Positions 52,501-64,000 of a stretch of DNA of 64,000 bases are shown here, piece after piece. The notes beneath the pieces were generated by a model, which saw only the letters and a program-made list of their open reading frames with translations, was not told the DNA's origin and did not search any database. The DNA is from Paramecium tetraurelia. Lineage: Eukaryota. Positions within the stretch are counted from its first letter, which is position 1, and each line of letters opens with the position of its first letter. The stretch spans positions 385,769 to 449,768 of the forward strand of contig CT868441.1 in assembly GCA_000165425.1 (NCBI GenBank), read 5' to 3'. Both the position numbers and the translations under genes were made by a program.

Positions 52501-54089
52501 TGTTCTCTATGATCTCTATCTCAGATTGCATTTCAGAAATTAATTAGAATTACTGCCTCAACACTTCTGCATTCAACAACTGATCCTCACTCTTTGCAAA
52601 TTCATCCAATAACACCTAAATCTTCAACATATAGTGTTCTATCTGCTTATAACTAAATTGCAACTCTTCTCCCAATTCCTAAATATAATCATAAGATTTC
52701 AAATTTATCCGTCCATACTCCCTCAAATCTTATCTCAGATCTGTTGAGCTCGAACCCACTCCATAAGTCTGTAATTCCTATTGCTTCCTCGTTGATGAAA
52801 TGCTCTGTTCTATTATGTCTATAGCCTTTTCCATTGTTTAAACAAATATATCCTACATACCTCTCAACGATGGCTCAAACACTATGGCTCCCTCTTACAA
52901 ATGGATCTCTACAACTACCCAACTAAACTAGGTTGTTCTATTGAATAAGAGTATTAATTACCCAACTTTGAGATGTTTATTGGCATTCTTAATTACCTTT
53001 AAGAAATTAACAATAGAATTGTACATCAATATTATCATGCTCTCAAGTTGAATGTAATCAATCATCCTCGTGAATTTGATTAGCTTCTACTGAAATTACC
53101 TCAGATTTGATTCCATTGTGAATTGCATTGACTGTGTAGAATTATCCTATTTATAAGAAGGGCATTAATACACCAATAATAAGAGGCTTTTGCTCCATTT
53201 GAGAATTCCGTATCAACTCCAAATTCTACCTGTAACCTTGGTCTTCTTTAAAAATACTAAAGGAATATTGACATGCATCCACAACTATTTTCAATATCAA
53301 ATTGATGTTCTTAGCCAGTTCTTTTTAGAAATCATTTAGAGATCTTTACAATTTTTGAATGAACTTCGCCTGATTCACAGGACTCATTTGAGTAGGCACA
53401 AAAAACACCAAACCCTTTATCCTTTGAGTGTACTTGTGAATTTCCTCAATGGGTCTCTTGAGGGAGGGATCTAAGAGTAAATAACAAGTAGTCAGTTCCT
53501 TAGATATTGATTGAGCTTTATTCTTGATACTTAACTTCTTCCACCTAGTGAATGTTTTTTGTTGCAGATAATTTCGAAAGAACTCTATCTTTTGTAATCT
53601 GTGAAACAATTTTCGATCTTTTTCAAATTGCTTAATGGACACAAACTCCTCAAAATTGCTGTGGTGTATTATGATTCCCCTTCCACTTATGGTCATATAA
53701 TAATCTAAGTTTCTATCATCATAATTGACAACCTTCCATTCGTAAGGATTGCCATAATTGTTTAAATAACAAAATTCCTATCCTAAATTTTAATCCATCT
53801 GCAACAAACGAACAAAATCATTAGGCCCCAAGAATCCCATTGAATATTCTCTAAAACTTTCAGATTTCCCTCTTTGACGAAGTGGCGTTATCTGACTCAA
53901 TTAACTCAATTAAGGTTAAACTATTTGCGGCAATTAAAAGCGCTATGGACTAAATGCTTTTATATAGCGTTTTCGGTTAGTTTCAATGAATTGCGATTGC
54001 TCGTTTTTTGTAGACATTATTTTCGGAACAAGGGGAGTATCGGTAGTTGTTCTGATCTTCAATTTCTTCCTTAAATACTATTAATTCAT
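43539..54089 (-). CDS. Highly divergent axonemal dynein heavy chain-like protein (DNAH6-type tail), ~3,500 aa
   Basis: N-terminus NPYEWKVV...YYMTISGRG...EEFVSIKQFEKDRKLFHRLQKIEFFRNY..KTFTRWKK is typical of DNAH6-class tails. It is followed in order by linker, AAA1-AAA4 remnants, a coiled-coil stalk and a C-terminal region. At least two tiny introns (one of 25 nt at ~53147-53171). Confidence 0.85.
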
Positions 54090-54180
54090 TATAAATTTAA
54101 GAAATAAATTAAATTGCTTTTTTTACAAAATTTCAATTTGAGTAATAAATATAGATATCAAATGAAGCAGAGTACTATGG

Positions 54181-55485
54181 TCATTACTAGAATGTAGAAT
54201 TAGCAACCATAGAAATATCTAATGCTAAATAAATGTTATACTCTTAACAGTGTTTGCTGTACTTCGAAGCGATAACTAAACTAACCCAGTTAGCAACTTG
54301 CAGAACCTATCTCCCCAAACTCTTGTCTAACAGATTTATGGCTAAAACAGTCATCAAGGGAAGACCAACTAATGCCAACCAAATGAGGAGATCTCTAATC
54401 TCACATTTCAATTCCAATTAATGTGCTATCAACTTTTTATATTGCAATATTTATCTCTACAAAATAAAATAAATTAAGATTATTTAAGGCAAATTCCAGT
54501 TATCAAATATTATAAAATTTAGATTTAAAATAATTATTAAAATTACTGCTTTTATTATTTTTTACCATGTAATTTTCTGCTCCTTTTTCTTCTCATCATA
54601 CCCAAAATCATCTAATTGAATTGCTCCTCTTAATGTATCATCCACATACTAATTGTACTCTGCTTAACTCTCATATAAGATTTACATCCTGGGCTAATTC
54701 GTTTTTTCAACAGTGGACAGCAACTTAGTAAGTGGCCTATCACTTTGAAATATGCATTCCACTTCCCTTCCCAACTAATCATATGCAACTGACTTAAGAG
54801 TTTTAAGGATCCCAAATTTGATCTCTCCGAAGTCATCCTAAAATTTGATCACATTCAAATTTGCTATTAAAGATTATACATCTAAATTTATTACGCTAAA
54901 TCTAAGCAACACTCTATTGACGAGTTATCAAAACACTAGGCCCAGTATTTTTGAATTGTATCGATGGCCTCTTGTTATCGCCCAAATAATTCAAACCCTA
55001 CTCCTATTTAGCATTTTATTAATCATTTTTTTCTCCAGAAAAGTTACTCTACAATCTATTATTATCATTTGCAGGAGGGTTCTAACTCTTATTGATGCTC
55101 GAGTTGCTCTCATGAATCGAAGGAATTACAGGCAGTTGCTAAGGCAATTCTATCTCCTAATCCACCTTATTATTCCTCTCCGAAAGTTCCGTATTTATCA
55201 CCTAGATCTGAGGCACTACAGTCTTCTCCTTCTTCAACTCCTTAAAAGAAAATAAAATCATAAGAATGCCAGAAATTGCTATTAAAACATCTAATTTTCG
55301 ATTATGTATAATTACAATTTGATTCTCCTATTTGCTTTATTTCCAATAAAAATATACTAAGGTTAGATAGAGAAAATAGCAATTTAATAATCTTTATATT
55401 ACCTTCCCACTCTTTGAAAATAAACAGAGCAATCACAGACCCAAATAATAAGGCAGCTTCTACAATCAATAGCTAAGTATTCATC
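54181..55485 (-). CDS. Multi-pass membrane protein of unknown function
   Basis: N-terminal TM cluster (LLIVEAALLFGSVIALFIF), a long polar loop and a C-terminal TM cluster; TGA at 54181. Intron structure only partly resolved. Confidence 0.6.
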
Positions 55486-56177
55486 ACTTTAAATAATTAT
55501 TAATGAGAATGAAAATAATTAAAATCTGAAATCCAAGAGAAGAACTTCATAAATCTTTTTAATTAATCAAATCATGAATAAATATGTGATAAAATTTATA
55601 TAAAATTCAATTATGTTGTTATTTCATTTAATCAATACAAATATGTAATTTATATATATAAATAATGAATATATATTTAAAATCCCCTTATTAAATACTC
55701 CTCCTGTAAATATTATTATCCTATTTTGCTGAAAAGTTAATTGATGTGGTAGCCATCATTTTACCCTTTCAATATTCACTGCGATTATTAAGGACCCATA
55801 ATGATCAAAAGAAATAATTAAAACCAGATAAATATTTATCAAATATCCAATAATGGATTACTTTTCTTTTGATTTATTACATCAATGAATACTACTCAAA
55901 CCACATAATTAAATATGCAATTTGGTTTATTTTTTATTAAAAAAAGGTGTTGAAATATTGGCAATCAAATTTCCTAAAGTATTAAAATAAACTCACAAAA
56001 ATTGATTGATTTATACATATTCTAATATTTATGTACTTTTTATTTATTTGAAACAATTATCTAATGGTATTATCTTAACATAAAGTCATAAATTAATTAA
56101 AATCTTTATCTCACTTATTCTTAATACTTTAATCTTTAATTGGTAGATGTATATTATAGAATTTGAAATAATTAAGC

Positions 56178-57476
56178 ATGAAAATGATAAGAATTATAGA
56201 TATATTATAATTAATATTAATTTATATGTAAGGTATTGACTATGATGTGATCGAATATTTCCAATATGAAAATTCTGGATAGCTCTTTTGGGAACATAAT
56301 TTAAACCAAATAGGCACTATGGAATATATACCTAATGAAAAATGGATTAAATACACAATAAATTTGAGGAATTGTTTTCGCTTAAGGGATTTAATGTTTT
56401 GGATTGTAATTATATACTATATTCTAATCAGTAAAAAGGACTGGTACTAATGTCAATAGAATAGATCTTGAGATTATGCAGCCATTTGCTTACTAAAGTT
56501 GCCGAGTTAAAATAAAATGAATTAAATCATTTTTATTTAACATCTGATAGAATATGGTTAATACTTCGATAAAAAAGCCAACTACTCACTATTACTTTTG
56601 TTGACATTTAATATGATATTGCATTTACAGGGTTTCAGTGCCCAATTTTTCAATCTGAATCATAAAAGTAGGATGCTTCTATTTCTATTTTAACTATAAT
56701 CAATTAATTAATTCAACACTTTTAGACTTCTTTGAAAGTATCAAAAGAAACTTAATAATTTTATAGCCATATTTTTAAATCTTTGGGTTAGCATAAAGAT
56801 TTTGTCTAAGCAAGGTCTGAGATTGACGAATTATTAAAATATTATTCAAGATTTCCAAATTATGACACTTATTGTTAGGAATTTTCATAACAATATAATT
56901 AAAGAGGAATACATGCATGTGACGTAGGAAATTATTTATTTGAAATTGTATCTCTTTCTGATCCATACGAGTGTTTTATTAAGGAAGATTGTATTTTTGG
57001 AATGATCTCACTAATTGGCATCAGCATAAGGGAGAATCATTTAAAAGCATTAAAGGATCAACGACATTAGATATTGCTATAAGACTAAAAAAAATATTGG
57101 GAAGAATTTATAAGAATATCATTGTAAAATAATATACTTAATTAAATACGAGAAATATTTGAATAACTTTCATAGTATGCTAAACTTGAAATCTCAAAAG
57201 AAGATGAACAAATGATGATCGATCAAATTCTTTCAGAAATAAAAAATACTTGTATCTTAAAATATTTTTTTAATTCTTATTGGGTTAGACATGCTGAAAA
57301 GTATAAAGAGTAGTTTATAAAAAATCTTTTTCCGATATAGAAATAGATTACGAATTTGAGAGTGAAGTTATGGATTTAAGAAATGAGTTTACAATTTGTA
57401 AATTAATTGATTTGATTTTTTAGAAAAACCATATTATTTGAATGAACTAATTAATTAATTTTATACTATAGATTGA
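56178..57476 (+). pseudogene. Divergent kinase-like gene or pseudogene
   Basis: Open frame from 56342 to ~57260 with ELKQNELNHFYLTSDRIWLIL...YDIAFTGFQCP. Apparent frameshift near 56360; both ends uncertain. Confidence 0.35.
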
Positions 57477-57770
57477 CAATTATTGACTTCTAAATCAAAA
57501 TGAATATAAATATTCTCTTCCTTGGATTTATATTATTATATTTTATGATATACACTCCACTACTCGTGGGATCTCAAATACAATAATTTAACACATGAAT
57601 ATCTGCCTTAATAAACACTCAAGATTAAGGTAATTATTAGTTAAGTTAGGATTAGTTTCAATAGTTGTCTCTATTCAGAAATAAATAAAATTTTTTTAGT
57701 TGTATTAATATCAGATTCACAGTAAGATCAAGCCTTAGTATTGAATATTTAATTAATTATAATTTAATTT

Positions 57771-58976
57771 ATGTATAGAATTGACAACTTAAATTTAGAG
57801 AATTTTGAGAAGATTGTGATCTAATTTCCTAGTAATTAATTACAGGAAGCTTAAACTGTATGGCGATAACTAAGCCAAAAATACCCAAATAAGTAATTCA
57901 TCATTTCTGCTGATCCCTTACATTCATCCTGTTGTGTGAATGTAATTGGAGCACGTCACATCAAGCATGATCTGATAATACATTTTGGAGAAACATGCTT
58001 CTCAGAGGCTCACTAAGAAAATATCATGTATGTGTTGCCCTATTTTGAATATGATTCAGCTGAATTAATTAAATCTATAGATTCGATTGAATAATCATCT
58101 TGGGTATTATTCGATTAAAAGTATGATCATATTTTGATTGGTGAAAGCAAACACATATTTCTCTCATTCTAAGGGAAATTGAATCAATAACAAACTCAAC
58201 ATATCGCTTGTGGTTATCATGCAGCTGAGTTAAGAAAATAACTCATATTTATAGGATCTGAAGACAGTGAATTGCTATAAAGATTTATTTTACATTTCGA
58301 ATATGGAAAGATTGAAAAATGTTATATCATAGATCCTACCACTTGTTAACTTTAAATATTGTAAATCAATTAGATGCCTTTAATTATAAAAAGAACTAAA
58401 CAAGTTGAAGAGGCATCTGAATGCAAATGTTTTGGCATTCTAATTAATAATTCTACCGCTAAGTATACTAAAAATGCATACAAGGCATGCAAATAGATCT
58501 TAAAAAATAATTAGAAAAAATACTTTACATTTTCAATGAACAGTCTCAATGAAGCTAAGTTAGGAAACTTTCCTGAAATCGAAGCCTATATTATCATAAG
58601 TTGTTACAGAAATTCAATTATTGATACCAAAAAGTATTACAAATTGATCATCACTCCCTTTCAATTGCTTTAAGCATTTTCAGATGTTAAATACATAGTC
58701 GAAAGTGATTTAAGTTTACTTGCATAAGAGTAACAGCTAGAAGGGAATCAAGAAGTTTAGAATGAATAGATAAATAAATAAGAAGAGTCTACTGCTCTGT
58801 TAGCTTAAAATAATGAAAATTAATTGATTGCGTTAGACAAAATATTTTAAACCTTAGACTTCTACAAGAATAGACAATATTAAGGATTATAAATTAGAGA
58901 AAATCTTGAACCTGCTCAATTAGAAATAGGATTAACTGGGATAGCAAGTTGTTATGAAAAAGAAGGGAATAAATGA
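57771..58976 (+). CDS. DPH2: Diphthamide biosynthesis protein 2
   Basis: IVIQFP, ISADPLHSSCCVNVIGARH..DLIIHFGETCFS, NEAKLGNFPEIEAYIIISC, IITPFQL, C-terminal EIGLTGIASCYE; 1206 nt, intronless. Confidence 0.9.
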
Positions 58977-59029
58977 TGTTTTTAGTGGAATATATATATC
59001 TATATATCACTTAAATATAATATCTAATT

Positions 59030-61457
59030 TGGTTGGCATTAGATAATATGTGATGTTATGTTGTATTTCTCCCCAAGGAATATATGAAAAGAACTATAAT
59101 GTTAATGTTTAGCTGTTTATTTAAAATTAGCAATTTCCTTATCAAATTAAATAACACTACATATAACTCATCATAATTGATTTTTGGATTTGAACAATTG
59201 ATTTCAATTTTATTAAATGCCATACATCCTTTCTATATACAAGGATTTTCTTTTTATTTTATATTAATTATTTTCAAAGCATCGGATTCATTTTCAATTT
59301 AGAAGTGAAATTTTTCAGAAAGAATGAAAATTAGTAGTCACTATTTATAATTAAGGAACTTTTGCAATTAGATTTTTCTATAGGGAATGAAATTTAATCT
59401 ATTTGAGTAGTTCGAAATTTCAGTCTTCCTGATTCTTAAAGTTTCATCATACCTTTTAATTGTGGTCTCTTAACTCATCTGTCTTCTTAAGTTTAAACTA
59501 CTATTTTCTCTTAATTTTTCATCACAATGTATTTAATTGGTTTATATAGATAATTAACATACTTTGTAAATCTATTTAAGTTTTGAGTTTAATCCTAAAC
59601 CAAGTATCTCTCAATTATTTCATCATGATTTTATTCATCTTCATCTAAGTTCTCACCAATCAGAAAATTCACATTACTCTTATCATATATCATATTTCTG
59701 AGAGTAAATTAAATTTTTTGTTCCATACTCTTAAGTAGTAATTATTCTTCAACCCTTTATTGGCGATATGTCCATTATTAAAAAAATGAAACTTCCAATA
59801 TTTCAGTCAAATAATTTGCTATGTAGAGCCCAGAAGGTTTGATACTTGATTCATCCTTAAGTTCATTTAGATTAATCCCTTTTGCATATCCTAAATAGAT
59901 ATTTGAATGCAATTTTGTCTGGCATCGTTTTTAAAGGTAATACCAATAAATCCATCCTTTGTTAATTCAATACTATTCTCCATTATTATATCTGTAATCT
60001 ATCTTTTACGTTCTTCATCTGGGAAGAAATCAGTGTTCAATTTTACTAGATTTTTAAACTAATATTTATATTGTTGAAACTCTTAGTTTATAATATCTTA
60101 TAAATATATACCATTTTATCAAAATTAATTTATTATAATTTATTCGCAATTACTTTTATTCTAAACAACAATGTTTCATTTCAATATTTGATATTTTTGT
60201 TGTATTAGGAGAATCTTTTGTTGTTGAAATTTAACGAATCTCAGATAATAAATTTTAATGTCTTTAACATCTTTGTCTCACGAATTTCATCCTTGTTTTT
60301 CATCTAAAATTTAACTATCTCAGAAACATTATCCAAGAATTGATAAATCTTATTATTGCTAATCAAAATGAAATAAGAAATAGAAGTACTTCATTACTCA
60401 GTTTTAACAATTATAATCCTTTTAATACTCCTGATCTCCTTTTACTAGTTCATTTAACAGCTACTCTAGTTATCCTTAAGTTTATAATCTTGGCTAGTCA
60501 GCTTATTACTAATATCTTAATTGCTATAAGACTGGACCATTAATTAAAGAAAGTAACAATTCTCCTTTGTCATTTACTCCACAAGTAGATCCAAATTTAG
60601 CATATCTAGTCAACTTAACAGTCAATTCTTTGGTTGATACTTATTGCTTTCTATTGAGGACCTCAATGATCTCCATCTTTCTTAAATACTCTTTCGCTTC
60701 AAACATATCCTACTACCTAATAATTTTAAGCCTCAGATGATATATTTAATAATTCTTTTGTTTGATCAAAAATAACTACTAATCAATGCTGTTAATGGTC
60801 ATTGTAGGTTCATCTAACTTGGTAGGTCAGAAACTCTATCTGCATAGTAAGTAAGTGTATAAGAATAGGGGAAATGCTGCAAATCTAACTTTATAAGTGT
60901 ATAAAAATAAGACCAAGATTTTTTAGCAGATTATCAAGGCAGAATAAAGAAGTAAAATAAGTTCTCGCTTGTCCATCAATTATCCTTTCAACAACCAAAA
61001 GTCCCATAGCAATGAGAAGAAACATAAAAACATAAGTTGGTGCTTTCCCAAAAAGAAGTGGATTTTGGTCTTTTTTGTTACAACTTCAAATGCTTTAAGT
61101 AATAAATAAAGAACTATGCAGAGTCTTAAAATTTAGAGAATAACTTAAACAAAATTAGTCAAAATGAAATTACCTAAATTTCACATCAGTATAAAGCTTC
61201 TATAATATTTTATGTAGCATTTGACAATATGTTCACAATTACCAAGAGAAGGCCGACAGGTAATAGTAGAGCTAAAGATACTGTTTATCCAGAGGCTCCT
61301 TTATGAAGCAATAGTCAAGGTATTCCTAAGTTTAACATAATATAGCGCTGATTTTATAGTCCAGCATACATAATTTTATATTCCTTTATGAGAGCCTAAA
61401 TAACATTTTGTGTATGCTGTTTTCAGATGGATTTATCAAAGCATCAGTTTTTTCCAT
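59030..61457 (-). pseudogene. Probable decayed membrane histidine-kinase-like gene
   Basis: TM-like segments at 60830-61280 and an HATPase_c-like stretch (DEERKRQITDIIMENSIELTKDGFIGITF...IQISIQD...SGLYIANYL, ~59800-60030). No frame stays open: several in-frame TGAs and shifts. Confidence 0.45.
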
Positions 61458-61479
61458 TTTAATTATTTTATTATATTGC

Positions 61480-62473
61480 ATGAGAAATGAATCAAACCCC
61501 TTTTGGAATTAAGACATTATGGTCAATTTTGGAGCAGACAACTTGTATTTGGACTAAACATTCATCATTAACGAAAACCCCATACCCATGTTGCCTAGAG
61601 CAATTAGGGAAGGACGTACACTCTGTTGGATTTAATGCATCTATTATCTCATCAAACTCTTCGTTACTCTATCCTATTATCAAGAAATAGCGGAACCTAC
61701 TTTCAGTTTACTTATTTTAGTTATGGGCTTACACGATGTGATTAACATTCTTCACTATCTAATAATAGGGTATGTGCATCTCCATAATACTAGAATTTTG
61801 ACCTAGTATATTAGTACTATTGACGTAGAGAACTTCAATAGGTAATTCAATTTACTCTCTCTTAACTCTTCCATAACCTAAATGATCATTCAAGAATTTT
61901 TAAGTTATTATCGTCCATTGAATGGACTTCTCATTATAGATATCATTGAAAAAAAATCCTTCTATTTTAATTGTATTTCCATTAAATTATTACACTACTT
62001 CATCTCCATATATACTCTAGTCACTATACTATTCATTTTCACCGAAATCCCGTTACTTGTTCAACTATATATTGTACTCTTAGTTATTTATTGGTTTATT
62101 CCTATTCTTATGTGCTTTGTTTGGCCATTTTTGATGCTTTGGTTTATTGTATTGAGACAAGAATTAAATTATTAATAAAATAGGAGCATGATAATTAGTT
62201 TCTATGATTAATTACAAAACATTAAATTTAGAATTCTAAAGGAAAAACGTCCTTCAATGTAATAAAATGATTGGTATTTATATATACTAATGTAGCCCCA
62301 TTTGTTACTAGCAAATTAATGAATCCCACAGTGTTATTCAATTGCCTTGCCATCAAGAACACTACTTTCATGCAGAATGTTGCAGATAATGGTTAGGAAG
62401 AGATCCACGTTGTCCATTATGTAGACATGGATTAGAGTAACCAAAGGAGATGGTACCACTTGAGTTCATTTGA
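61480..62473 (+). CDS. Transmembrane RING-H2 E3 ubiquitin ligase, 315 aa
   Basis: Several TMs then C^PICYQQINESHSVIQLPCHQEHYFHAECCRQWLGRDPRCPLCR; introns 61770-61793 and 62274-62295. Confidence 0.9.
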
Positions 62474-62502
62474 ATATATTTACTAATTAATAATTTATTA
62501 AA

Positions 62503-63098
62503 ATGTAGGATGCTTAAGACAAGTTAGAATTACATTCAAAACTCTTGAAATACCCTCCATTCTACACGTAAATTAACACTATAAAGTACTTAGCTTATAA
62601 GATCATAAAGAGACTAGAAAGAAGCAGATAACTTAATGGAGTGAGATTGTACATCTCTACTTTCAATCACATAAAATTTTGGAATCCTCTATTAGCGAAA
62701 TTCTTAATTTTCCCATATTTTAAGATTCATCATCTGGAATAATTAAGAAATTAGATTCTTCAGAAATTAAAGAAATACTTAATTAAATGGCACAATTAGG
62801 ATCTATAGAATGGAAAAATGATTAAAATTTCACTGTGAATTTAGTCAGTCCATTCGAGTTGGCTGATGCAATCTATGCTTGGGCTAAGGAGAAAAAATTG
62901 ATTGGCTACACTGAGACATTAAGAGGAATTACTGAGGGAAGCCAGACTGATGAATCTAAAAGTAAAATTGGTTATCAATATATAGAATTTTATAATTTAC
63001 CTTAAGAGTAGATTCTCAAGGCATGCTTAATTCTAGAAGAAACAGGAAGATGTTAGGTTTATGAATTTGATGGCTTGTATAGTATCAAATTTATATGA
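62503..63098 (+). CDS. VPS25: ESCRT-II subunit VPS25
   Basis: YPPFYT^LQDHKETRKKQITQWSEIV...SPFELADAIYAWA...TLRGITEG...ILEETGRCQV...SIKFI; introns 62568-62593 and 62962-62985. Confidence 0.92.
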
Positions 63099-64000
63099 TT
63101 ATCTTATTTTATATGAAATTTTTACACAAACTCATATATAATCAAAGGAATAATTTATAATAATTCAAATCGTGCAATTATGACTTTTTATAATTTATTT
63201 ATCCGTGTAACTTGATTATGATTAATCATTTTATATAAAGTAGTTGGTCATTCAATCAACCAGAACTGATATAATATCTATACATATAGTGCGTCTCTAG
63301 AATTAATTATAAATTTATCAATTATGAGTAAATTTATATTTATTAATTCAATTAGAGAATACTATTTCTATCAAAACTACTATTAGATTTTTATCTTAAT
63401 TCCCTAAGATTAAATGTAAGAATTTACTTTCTTGAATTCTTAAAGATTCTTGATATTAATGTATTTAAATATAATTACTTAAGAGGAAAAATCATTTTTA
63501 TTATATGATTCATAGACACCTTGTAAAATTTAATACAGGTTTTGTTTAGTTAGCTATTTTTAATAAATCTGGATCCTTTTTAAATTAAATAATAATTGCT
63601 CTTATAACAGTTACACAATTAATTCCAAATTCATTGCGGTACATTTAGGGTATTTTGAAAGAATTCTTGCATCATGTAATAAAACTTGAAGCATTTCTAT
63701 TTTTGTATTAAGAATTACAAGAATTTGTACAAAAATTAATTATAAGTTGATTATTAATAATTTTTACTATTCCTCTATTGAATTAATATCTCTAAAAGAA
63801 ACAAAATAATGACATTTATGAAAGCTGATCAAAATAAAATTTTTACTACATGATAAGAAATAAAAATGAGAAAAAAAAATGATCCTTACATATTGTTAGT
63901 GCTTCAACTCTAGCATCATTGATTATATATAAAACAAGCAACTCGAATAACGAAAGATATTGACTTGGTGTTAAAATACTTTAATATAATTTTGATAAGA

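Noticed and set aside
47542..55255. Hydrophobic plus-strand ORFs in the track (47627, 48459, 50837, 52232, 53874, 54845)
   Set aside because: Antisense shadows of the minus-strand dynein-like and membrane-protein genes.
60180..61260. Several in-frame TGAs that could read as Trp (possible TGA readthrough or a stop-less code)
   Set aside because: TGA cleanly terminates every well-supported gene in the window; frameshifts in a pseudogene explain the pattern better.
61492..62128. Apparent ~204-aa minus-strand gene (MAKQSTQEQ...KGV)
   Set aside because: It is the in-phase antisense shadow of the plus-strand TM RING-H2 gene, which has a clear domain and consistent introns.
1..64000. Telomeric repeats, retained IESs, transposons, tRNA/rRNA genes
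   Set aside because: I saw no C4A2/C3A3 tracts, transposase ORFs, convincing TA-bounded insertions in genes or RNA-gene signatures by eye. Small elements could have been missed without tools.

Overview
Very AT-rich, gene-dense eukaryotic DNA that is almost certainly a Paramecium macronuclear chromosome segment. TAA/TAG encode Gln (ciliate code 6; e.g. the invariant cyclophilin motif NGSQFFIT has TAA at Q), only TGA is stop, introns are 20-31 nt GT..AG, and a ~8.1-kb Paramecium surface-antigen-type gene is present. The supplied ORF track used the standard code, so it fragments real genes and shows many antisense shadows. I re-translated by hand with code 6 and find about 25 genes. They include an EML-like WD40 protein, a truncated hemoglobin, a DHHC palmitoyltransferase, a Rab-like GTPase with degenerate motifs, THUMP, TPR and CRC proteins, a PHTF/7TM-ion-channel-like membrane protein, an AGC kinase, cyclophilin, UMP-CMP kinase, a surface antigen with two frameshifts, a two-TM large-loop protein, a bacterial-like GT4 glycosyltransferase, DPH2, a TM RING-H2 protein, VPS25 and probable pseudogenes. 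The most notable feature is a ~3,500-aa DNAH6-like dynein heavy chain whose AAA1 Walker A/B motifs are erased and whose stalk tip looks shortened, i.e. a candidate motor-dead dynein. Family assignments rest on remembered motifs, not on database searches.
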